A DNA stretch of 64,000 nt from Myxococcota bacterium (GTDB taxonomy: Bacteria; Myxococcota_A; UBA796; UBA2385), in contig JBIJDH010000007.1 in NCBI GenBank assembly GCA_044344255.1, forward strand, positions 192,001 to 256,000. Reading direction: 5' to 3'. Below the pieces are notes generated by a model, which did no database searches, was not told the origin of the DNA, and saw nothing but the letters and a program-made list of their open reading frames with translations. How positions within the stretch are numbered: position 1 is the stretch's first letter; every line of letters begins with the position of its first letter. The position numbers were made by a program, and so were the translations under genes. Positions 29,824 through 37,609 of this stretch are shown here, in pieces.

Positions 29824-31245
29824 TCATCGTGCGAGTCCGACCGGGCCCGTGGGCTGAGCTGCCTGGGAGCCGACCCGGTGGTCGAGCCCGAGCAGGAACA
29901 GCTCAAAGTCGTTCGGGTTGTTGTCCTCCGTTGTCCCCGGAGCGGCCGGCACCTCGCCAGCGGCCATGGGCCGAACGAGGCGCGGCGTGACGAAGATCAT
30001 CAGCTCGTCTTCCGTGCGCCTGTGCTGGACGTATCGAAAGAGGGCGCCGAGCACCGGGATGTCGCCGAGCACCGGCACCTTGGCGTACGTGGCCCGCATG
30101 CTCTCGTGCATCATGCCGGCCATGGCGAAGGTCTTGCCGCTCTCGACGCGCAGGTGAGACTGGGACTTTCGAGAGATGAAGCCGGGGATCTCGATGCCCG
30201 TGAGGCGGATCGAGGTGGCGGCGTCTACATCGCTGACCTCGACGTACACCCGCATGTCCACGACGTCGCCGCCGAGCACGGTGGGCACGAAGACCAGCTT
30301 GACGCCGTACTCCTTGAACTCGATGGTGATGCGGCTGCCGAACTGGGCGACGGGGATGGGGATCTCACCGCCGGCCAGGAATTCGGCCTGCTGGCCGGAG
30401 AGGGCCACCAGCGTCGGCCGCGCGAGGATCTTCGAGATGCTGTTCTGCTCCAGAACGGAGAGGATCGCGCTCACGTTGATGGGCTGGCCGATCACGCCGA
30501 GCAGGTTGAAGGTGCCCGACGAGGGAGAAGGCATCGAGCCGTCCCCGTTGACGTAGCCGTTCAAGCTGGGGTTCCCGATGGTCGTCGAGTAGGTCAGGTT
30601 CGGGCCCTGGAGACCGGCAGCCAGGGGCTGGGCCTGGCCGTTGTAGGTGAAGACCGGGTTGGTGCCGCTGCCCCAGAGGGTGTTGAGGCCCATCTCGCGC
30701 AGCGCCGTGCGGTTCACCTCGGCGAAGACCACCTCCAGCTGGATCTGGTGGTCGCCCGTCACGTTCATCAGGTTGACGAACTCGGGATCGTAGATCTTGG
30801 CGAGATCGCTGATCTGCTCCAAGGTCTGGACGCTGTTCACCGGGCCGTCCACCGCGATGCGATCGACGAGGGGGTACACCTTCGGGGCCTGGCCGGCGGT
30901 GATCTGGTCGAGGCGCCGCACGAGGCCCGAGAGATCCCGGTGGACGGTGAGCTCGAAGTTCGCCGGGTGAGCCATGTCGTCGCGGTACCAGACCCAGAGG
31001 TCGGTCGAGCCGACCTCGAGGCCGCGCACCTGGAACTGGTCCTGGTCGAGGAGCTTGAGCTCGGCGACCTTGTCGTCGCTGATCAACACCCGACCGATGC
31101 TTCGGTCCTGGCGGAAGATCACCGACTGTCCAACCTCGACGTCCATCCACGGCGTCTTGGTGGCGTCTTCGGCCCACGCGGAGGCGGGGGAGAGCGCGCC
31201 GAGCAGCAGCCCGGTGAGGGGGAGGAATTGGTTTCTGAGGTGCAT
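29824..31245 (-). CDS. cpaC: Secretin CpaC/RcpA
   Basis: QIQLEVVFAEV, LARPTLVALSGQQAEFLAGGEIP, KVPVLGDIPVLGALF, ELMIFVTP. Confidence 0.95.
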   Translation of the reverse strand: MHLRNQFLPLTGLLLGALSPASAWAEDATKTPWMDVEVGQSVIFRQDRSIGRVLISDDKVAELKLLDQDQFQVRGLEVGSTDLWVWYRDDMAHPANFELTVHRDLSGLVRRLDQITAGQAPKVYPLVDRIAVDGPVNSVQTLEQISDLAKIYDPEFVNLMNVTGDHQIQLEVVFAEVNRTALREMGLNTLWGSGTNPVFTYNGQAQPLAAGLQGPNLTYSTTIGNPSLNGYVNGDGSMPSPSSGTFNLLGVIGQPINVSAILSVLEQNSISKILARPTLVALSGQQAEFLAGGEIPIPVAQFGSRITIEFKEYGVKLVFVPTVLGGDVVDMRVYVEVSDVDAATSIRLTGIEIPGFISRKSQSHLRVESGKTFAMAGMMHESMRATYAKVPVLGDIPVLGALFRYVQHRRTEDELMIFVTPRLVRPMAAGEVPAAPGTTEDNNPNDFELFLLGLDHRVGSQAAQPTGPVGLAR

Positions 31246-31304
31246 CCGAATCTGCTCCAGCCCGTTCGGGCAAATCCAATCGCTCGGTTGCGCTGAGCCG
31301 GGGC

Positions 31305-32387
31305 TCAGCGGCGGCGGCCGCCCTGCTCTTCCACCTTCTGCCCGCTCGCGTCCAGCTCAATGGTGCTCGAGGTCGACCCCTGGATCACCTCCGCGGACAG
31401 CCCCTTCGGGGTCTCCGGCGGGGGCCTCGTGGTCTTCGCCGGCACGGTGACGATGGTCGCGGTCTTGGCCGGATCGTCAGCGAAGCCGAGGATCTCACGG
31501 GTGGTCATGAAGCGGCTGTCGCTGCTCTCGGCCGTGAGGTTGTCATTGTCGCTGCGCAGCACGAGGTGGACGTCCCCACGGGAGGCGGAGAGGGCGAGGC
31601 GCTCGGCGTCCTCGGGGGTCACCTGAAGCGTGACGGAGGGCTTGGTGCGCTTGGTGGACTTCCGTGCGGCCGGGCCCTGCTTGGGGGCCGCCTCCTTGTC
31701 CTCCGCCTCGCCCTTCTTGCCCTTGGCCTGCCCCTTGGTACCCTTCTTCACCGCATCGGTGATCTGGCTGCTGGTGGTGCCGCCGTCGAGCAGATCGCCC
31801 ACCGCCAGCACGGTCACGTCCTGGAGGATGGTCTCGGTCACCCACTTCGCCTCGGTGAAGCGCTCGTCCGGCTTGATGGTGACGATGACATCGACGCGGT
31901 TGCCGGGGACGAGGAAGCCGGCGAGGCTCGACTGCGTGCCGACCTCGATGGTCATGGCCCGCATTCCGGGCTTGATGAGCGCGTTGAGGCCTCCGCCGAA
32001 GCCGGCGATGCGCTCGGATCGAACGGGCTCACCGGCGAGGATCACCGACTTGGGGGTGAGCGGGCGGTCGTTGTTGGCGTTGGGATCGGTGGGGTCTGCG
32101 CTGCGGCGGAAGGCGGTGGTGTCGGAAAAGACGTAGTCGCCGGGCACCGAGCCGGGCAGCATGTCGCGCACCTCGATGTCCGCCTCGGTGATGGGCACGC
32201 CGATGAGGAGATCGTGCTTGGCCACCACGACCTGCACCTTGTCGAAGTTCTTGGCCTGCTTCACCTGGTCGCGGGCCTGCTGCATCACCATCCAGACCCC
32301 GTAGGAGGTGATCCCAGCCACGCCCAAGGCGCCCAGGAGAAAAAGGGTGGCCTTGAGTCGTCCACCGGTTTGCTGGCGCTGCGACAT
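31305..32387 (-). CDS. cpaB: Flp pilus assembly protein CpaB/RcpC
   Basis: SAF domain VVVAKHDL; GMRAMTI, GFLVPGNRVDV, LQDVTVLAVG, VTLQVTPEDAERL. Confidence 0.93.
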   Translation of the reverse strand: MSQRQQTGGRLKATLFLLGALGVAGITSYGVWMVMQQARDQVKQAKNFDKVQVVVAKHDLLIGVPITEADIEVRDMLPGSVPGDYVFSDTTAFRRSADPTDPNANNDRPLTPKSVILAGEPVRSERIAGFGGGLNALIKPGMRAMTIEVGTQSSLAGFLVPGNRVDVIVTIKPDERFTEAKWVTETILQDVTVLAVGDLLDGGTTSSQITDAVKKGTKGQAKGKKGEAEDKEAAPKQGPAARKSTKRTKPSVTLQVTPEDAERLALSASRGDVHLVLRSDNDNLTAESSDSRFMTTREILGFADDPAKTATIVTVPAKTTRPPPETPKGLSAEVIQGSTSSTIELDASGQKVEEQGGRRR

Positions 32388-32470
32388 ACGGTCTCCGCTG
32401 CGAGGATCGCCCAGCTATCGCGACGCCCGGGATCAAACCACAGGAGCGCACGGATGCACGGGGGGTGGGG

Positions 32471-32932
32471 CTAAAAAAGTTTGTACCATCCGAGCGTGTA
32501 AGCGACGGTGGCCAGCGCGAAGCCGACGGCATGAGGGAGACGGGAGAGGTCCATCGGAGCCCTGCCGATCCGCGTGAGCAGGCGGTTCACGGTCAAGAGA
32601 ACGATGGCCATCAGTCCGTGGAGCACGGACGCGAGCAGGATCACATGGATCGCGCCCCGCCAGTAGAGGAAGGCCCCGCAGACCATCGCGAGCTTCACGT
32701 CCCCCCCCCCGAGCCGCTTGATCGCGAAGGGCACGATGAGGACGAGCAGGGCGGTGAAGGACCCCAAAAGAGAAAGGCCCAGCCCGACGAAGCCGTCGGC
32801 CTGAGCCTTAAACCCCAACCCGAGCAAGAGCCCAGTCAGGATCAGCGGATTTGGGATTCGCCTCTCGGACAGATCCCAGGCTGCCGCCACGCCCGTGAGG
32901 GTCCACAGAGCGACGGTCTCCCAGATGTTCAT
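32471..32932 (-). CDS. cpaA: A24-family prepilin peptidase CpaA/TadV
   Basis: Catalytic aspartate motifs WDLSERRIPN and LGGGDVKL. Confidence 0.92.
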   Translation of the reverse strand: MNIWETVALWTLTGVAAAWDLSERRIPNPLILTGLLLGLGFKAQADGFVGLGLSLLGSFTALLVLIVPFAIKRLGGGDVKLAMVCGAFLYWRGAIHVILLASVLHGLMAIVLLTVNRLLTRIGRAPMDLSRLPHAVGFALATVAYTLGWYKLF

Positions 32933-32989
32933 TCAATGTTCATCTGAAGGACCGCGCCCGCTGAGCCCTCTCGTGAATCGACCTGTGAA

Positions 32990-33163
32990 TCAGGCGGTAG
33001 CCGCGTTCACGGTGTCGGACACTTCCGAGAAGAGGTTCGACAGCGCGCCGCCAAGGGCGGTGAGGGCCGCGATGATGGCGATGGCGATGAGGGCGGCGAT
33101 GAGGCCGTACTCAATTGCGGTGGCGCCAGACTCGTCCTTGATGAGGTTGTTGATGAGGTTCAT
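32990..33163 (-). CDS. flp: Flp type IVb pilin, 57 aa (not in ORF track)
   Basis: Manual translation MNLINNLIKDESG/ATAIEYGLIAALIAIAIIAALTALGGALSNLFSEVSDTVNAATA. GGAG RBS 6 nt upstream. Confidence 0.96.
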   Translation of the reverse strand: MNLINNLIKDESGATAIEYGLIAALIAIAIIAALTALGGALSNLFSEVSDTVNAATA

Positions 33164-33336
33164 GGTGGGCTCCTACTGCCGTTGGGGGGGGACTAATGAC
33201 GCACGAACGGAGACTGGACCAGAGTCTAAAGATCACCCCGCGAAGGGTGTCAGCGAGGGTGGCGGTTTGCCGGGGTCTGGTGGGCCGCTCTCCCTCTGCA
33301 CACCTTTCTTCTACGGTCTCCGGAGCCCTCCCACAA

Positions 33337-33372
33337 GCGAAATCTTTCGCGGCGGTGAAAAATTTTTTTCGC
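33337..33372. promoter_or_regulatory. Two adjacent related palindromes upstream of flp (candidate operator)
   Basis: GCGAAA-TC-TTTCGC (33337-33350) and GTGAAAAA-TT-TTTTTCGC (33355-33372). Confidence 0.45.
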
Positions 33373-33398
33373 CCACCCAGGTCTTCGGGGTTCCGAAT

Positions 33399-34532
33399 TC
33401 ACGACAAGACTGGTTTAAGGTTGTTAATGCGGATGCAGGAGCCCCCGGTCAGAAACTGCTCGAGGGATCGGCCCGCGAGGTCCTGCCTCCAGCCCGTCCA
33501 GGCTTCAACGCCCTGCATGGCCACTCGCCGCGCCAGCTCGGGCGGCATGAGGAGGCGGGCCGCGACGCCGAGCTCGTCTTCCAAGGCCAGGGCCCAGACG
33601 GGGAGGGTGCGGGCGAGGCGGAGCTGGTCGCGGGTCAACGCGGCGGGGGGCTCGTTGCTGGAGCGGAGGGCGGCCTGGATCTGTTGGAGCAGCGCGCCGC
33701 CGTGCCGCTTCGCGAGGGCGGGGGGCAGGCGGCGGTTCTCCAGCAGGGCGCTCAGCGTGGTCGGCCGCCGCCGCGCGAGGTCGAGGGCGATGCCGTCGGA
33801 GAGGAGGTAGAAGGCGGGCTGATCGTGATTGCGGGCCTCGGCTTCACGCCAGGTGCACAGCGCGTCCAGCACGCGCCGCACCTCGAGGGAGAAGTCGGTG
33901 GCGACGTCGAGGTTCAGCCAGCCGCGGTTCGGATCCGGGGCCACCAGCGACTCCCGCGCCAGCTCGTCGGAGGCGGCGAGGGCGGCCGCGCGGCGGTCGG
34001 CGGGCAGCCGCTCTCTCAGGACCTCCATCAAGGCCAGCGTGACGGTGGCGTCGGCGGCGGCGTAGCGGAGCTGGGCGTCGCTGAGGGGGCGCTGGGTCCA
34101 GTCGGTGAGCGATGCGCCCTTGTCGACCGTCAGCCCGAGGGCCGAGCCTGCGAGGAGGTCGAGCCGGAGCGGATAGTCGAAGCCGAGGAAGGCCGCGAGG
34201 ATCTGTGTGTCCCAGACGTGGCGCGGGCGCGCGCCGGTGGCGTCGACGAGCAAGGGGACATCGAAGGTGGCGCAGTGCACCACCCACTCCGCCTCGCAGA
34301 GCGCCGCCCCGAGAGGGCGAAGGTCGAGGACCCGACCGTCGAGCACCCAGCTCCGCCCGTCCGGGAGCGCGAGCTGGACGAGCATCAGCTCGGGCGCGTA
34401 GCGCCGCTCGGCGTGGAACTCGGTGTCTAGCGCGATCCGCGGCGCGCCGCGGAGGGCCTCGACGACGGGGATGAGCTGGTCTTGGATGCCGACCCAGACG
34501 GGAGGCGGCGGCGGCGGCGGGGGAGCGGTCAT
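33399..34532 (-). CDS. rnd: Ribonuclease D (DEDDy exonuclease + HRDC)
   Basis: ALDTEF, WDTQI, TDWTQRPLSDAQLRYAAAD, HRDC WREAEAR. Confidence 0.88.
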   Translation of the reverse strand: MTAPPPPPPPPVWVGIQDQLIPVVEALRGAPRIALDTEFHAERRYAPELMLVQLALPDGRSWVLDGRVLDLRPLGAALCEAEWVVHCATFDVPLLVDATGARPRHVWDTQILAAFLGFDYPLRLDLLAGSALGLTVDKGASLTDWTQRPLSDAQLRYAAADATVTLALMEVLRERLPADRRAAALAASDELARESLVAPDPNRGWLNLDVATDFSLEVRRVLDALCTWREAEARNHDQPAFYLLSDGIALDLARRRPTTLSALLENRRLPPALAKRHGGALLQQIQAALRSSNEPPAALTRDQLRLARTLPVWALALEDELGVAARLLMPPELARRVAMQGVEAWTGWRQDLAGRSLEQFLTGGSCIRINNLKPVLS

Positions 34533-34644
34533 GGGGCATCCGGGCGGGCGGCGCGACTAACGCGACCCGCAGCGAGGGGGCTGCCGCGGCTCGATTCAGA
34601 GACGGCCGCCCCCTTCGAGATAGGTCCCGCGACCGGAGGTCGTT

Positions 34645-35727
34645 GTGGAGCTCGACGTCGCCAGCGGCTGGGCGGATCCCAGCCCCGCCGTGGCCGCCTT
34701 GGCCGTCGGCCCACAAGATGATGTCCTCTGCCTCGCGGGGACCTTCGAGGAGGCGCTCGCCCTCCTGCTCGCCGGCGCCCGGAGCGTCACCTGGGTCGAG
34801 CCGGCGCTCCCCCGGCGCGCGGTGGCCGGGCTCTACCTGTGCGCGGCGCGCGCGCTGCCGATCCAGAGCGTGCGCGCCCTCTTCGGCCATGACGCCGCAG
34901 GCCGGCGGGTCTGGTTCTACCACTATGTGCGCGCCGCGCTGGACCCCGAGCTGCGGGCCTGGTGGGACGCCCGGGAGCACCTCGTCCGACAGGGGATCGA
35001 GGCCAGCGGGCGGCTGGAGCGGCACCTCGATCGGGCCCGTCGCCTGCTCGGCTCGGCGCTCCCCTCGGCGCTCCCCTCGGCGCTGGCCCGCCGTTGGGAT
35101 GACCTCCCGGGGGCCGAGCGGGCCGCCCTCGCGCAGGGCCCCTGGTGCGGCGCCGCGGGCCTGGCGGGCCTCCGGCTCGCGCTCTCCCGCCCCCTGCTCG
35201 ACCGCCTCGCCCTCACCGCGGGGGGCCGCCCCGGCCTGGGGCTCGACGGCGCCGCGATCTTCGCGGGCCTCGACCGGCGGCTCCGCCTCGACAATCAGAG
35301 CCCCGGCCCCTATGCGCGGCGCCTGCTGCTCGGCGGCTGGGGTGAGGGTGCGGGAGCCCCCCTCCACCTGCGGGCCGAGGGGGTGCGGGGCCTGCCCCCG
35401 GTCGTGGAGGGCCTGAAGGTGCTCCCGATCGAGCCGTTCGCCGCGCTCCGGGCCCTCTCGGCGGGGGTCTTCTCGGCGCTGCACCTTGGGGATCTCCTGC
35501 TGCGAGCGGATGAAGGCAAGGTGGAGGTCGGCTCGCTCTGGGCGGCGCTGCTCCGGGTCGCTCGGCCGGACGCTCGGCTCGTCTGGAGAGACCGCGCGCG
35601 GCCCTCCGGTCCCCCGCGCCTCCTCCCGCCCGCGATCTCGTCCGATCCCGCCGAGGACCGGGCCCTCGCCGAGCTCGATCAGGGCTTCTTCTGCGCCCCC
35701 CTCCGTGTCGGCCGGCAGGGGGGGTAA
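34645..35727 (+). CDS. Divergent DUF3419/BtaA-like SAM-dependent protein
   Basis: SGWAD..VGPQDDVLCLAG..ALLL..VTWVE, YHYVRAALDPELRAWWD, ARPDARLVWR, ELDQGFF resemble the DUF3419 layout. Confidence 0.5.
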   Translation: MELDVASGWADPSPAVAALAVGPQDDVLCLAGTFEEALALLLAGARSVTWVEPALPRRAVAGLYLCAARALPIQSVRALFGHDAAGRRVWFYHYVRAALDPELRAWWDAREHLVRQGIEASGRLERHLDRARRLLGSALPSALPSALARRWDDLPGAERAALAQGPWCGAAGLAGLRLALSRPLLDRLALTAGGRPGLGLDGAAIFAGLDRRLRLDNQSPGPYARRLLLGGWGEGAGAPLHLRAEGVRGLPPVVEGLKVLPIEPFAALRALSAGVFSALHLGDLLLRADEGKVEVGSLWAALLRVARPDARLVWRDRARPSGPPRLLPPAISSDPAEDRALAELDQGFFCAPLRVGRQGG

Positions 35728-35854
35728 AAAGGGGGCTGAGCGGCCCGCCAGACTCGCCGCGCGCCCCTGGACCGCCCTCCGCTCAGTGGGTAGACCGCGC
35801 GAGCGCTCGGTCCGCACCGAGCGCCCACCCTCGCTCGAGCACCCCGGAGGTCCC

Positions 35855-37585
35855 GTGAGCAGCCCCCTTGACGCCCTGATCGCGGCCGCCCGCGACTGGA
35901 TGACGGCCGACCCCGACCCCGAGACCGTCCACCTGGCCGAGGCCCTGATCGAGCGCCAGGACGCGGCGGCCCTCGAGGCCTGCTTCGGCGCCATGCTCGA
36001 GTTCGGCACCGCCGGCCTCCGCGGGCGGCTCGGTCCGGGGCCCGGCTGCATGAACCGCGCGTTGGTGCGCCTCGTGGCCAGCGCGCTCGGGCGCTACCTC
36101 CACGCGAGCCTGGCGAACGCGACCGAGCGCGGCGTGGTTGTGGGCTACGATGGGCGTAAGAACAGCCGGATCTTCGCTGAGGATACCGTGGCCGTCCTGA
36201 TGGGGCAGGGCTACCGCGCCGTGCTCTTCGAGGCCGTCTGTTCAACGCCGGAGCTGGCCCACTCTGTCGGCTTCCTCGGCGCCGCCGCGGGGGTGATGGT
36301 CACCGCCAGCCACAACCCGCCCGAGGACAACGGCTACAAGGTCTATTGGGAGAACGGGGCCCAGATCATCCCGCCGCATGACGGAGGCATCTCGGCCATC
36401 TTCCGCGCAACGGGCGCCGCTGCGGCGGGCGCGGCGCCGAACTTCGCGGATTGGGTGGGCGATCCCCGCCTCCAGGCCCCGCCGCCGGCCGTCTGGGAGG
36501 ACTACAGCCGCCGGGTCCTCGCGGGGCGTGTCCATCACCCTTCGGTGGGGCTCCGCGCCGTGTACACGGCGATGCACGGGGTCGGCTGGGCGCCCCTGTC
36601 ACGCATGGTCGCCCTGTCGGGCCATGCCCCGCTCATCCCCGTGGTCGAGCAGCGTGACCCCGACGCGCTCTTCCCCACGGTGCGCTTCCCGAACCCCGAG
36701 GAGCCGGGCGCGCTCGACCTCGCGCTGGCCCTCGCCCGCCGGTCGGAGGCCGAGCTCATCCTCGCCAATGACCCCGACGCCGACCGCCTCGCGGTGGCGA
36801 TCCCCGACGGGGCCGGCTGGCGGGTCCTGAGCGGGAACGAAGTGGGGGTGCTGCTCGCCGACGATCGGCTCACCCACGGCCCGCAGGGCGCGCGTCGCCT
36901 CGTCGCCACCTCCATCGTGAGCACGAGCCTGCTCCGCCGGGTCGCGGACGCCCATGGTGTGGACTACGCCGAGACGCTCACCGGCTTCAAGTGGATCGCC
37001 AACGCGGCCATCGCCTATCCGGGCGACTTCGTGATGGGCTTCGAGGAGGCGCTCGGCTACTCTCTCGGTGACGTCGTGCGCGACAAAGACGGGGTCAGCG
37101 CCGCCCTCGCGATGCTCGACCTCGCCGCCTGGTGTAAGGCCGAGGGGCGCACTCTCTTGCAGCACCTGGAGTCGGTCTATCGGCGGTATGGCTACGCGGG
37201 GGGCGGCCAGCGCTCGATCACGCTGCCGGGCCTCGACGGGGGTGAGCGGATCCGCGCGATGATGGCGCGCCTCCGGGCCTCCCCGCCCTCGACGCTGGGC
37301 GGCGCCGCGGTCCTTCGCCTGCGGGATCTGTCGGCGCAGGTCTGTCGCCACCTCCAGACGGGCGCCGAGACCCTCATCGATCTCCCCGCCGCCGACGTGC
37401 TCGCCTTTGACCTCGAGGACGGCGGTCGGGTCCTCGCCCGGCCGTCGGGGACCGAGCCGAAGATCAAGTTCTACGCCGAGGTCCTCGAGGTGATGAGCGA
37501 CACCGACACGCTCGCCGCCGTCGAGGCCCGCGGCCGCGCCCGCTCGAGCGCGCTGCTGGCCGAGATCGTGGGCCTCGCGAGCTGA
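35855..37585 (+). CDS. Phosphomannomutase/phosphoglucomutase
   Basis: LEFGTAGLRG, TASHNP, DPDADR, GFEEALG, RPSGTEPKIK. Confidence 0.93.
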   Translation: MSSPLDALIAAARDWMTADPDPETVHLAEALIERQDAAALEACFGAMLEFGTAGLRGRLGPGPGCMNRALVRLVASALGRYLHASLANATERGVVVGYDGRKNSRIFAEDTVAVLMGQGYRAVLFEAVCSTPELAHSVGFLGAAAGVMVTASHNPPEDNGYKVYWENGAQIIPPHDGGISAIFRATGAAAAGAAPNFADWVGDPRLQAPPPAVWEDYSRRVLAGRVHHPSVGLRAVYTAMHGVGWAPLSRMVALSGHAPLIPVVEQRDPDALFPTVRFPNPEEPGALDLALALARRSEAELILANDPDADRLAVAIPDGAGWRVLSGNEVGVLLADDRLTHGPQGARRLVATSIVSTSLLRRVADAHGVDYAETLTGFKWIANAAIAYPGDFVMGFEEALGYSLGDVVRDKDGVSAALAMLDLAAWCKAEGRTLLQHLESVYRRYGYAGGGQRSITLPGLDGGERIRAMMARLRASPPSTLGGAAVLRLRDLSAQVCRHLQTGAETLIDLPAADVLAFDLEDGGRVLARPSGTEPKIKFYAEVLEVMSDTDTLAAVEARGRARSSALLAEIVGLAS

Positions 37586-37609
37586 GCGCGGTCGAGCGGC
37601 CGCCGCTGC

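Noticed and set aside
17450..33163. Kil-type predatory Tad system
   Set aside because: No FHA-domain components; the gene set resembles a canonical Cpa/Tad locus.
33200..33290. c-di-GMP-I riboswitch upstream of flp (GGCAAACC on the minus strand)
   Set aside because: The GNRA-capped P2 and the GACGCAAAGC/P3 elements are missing.
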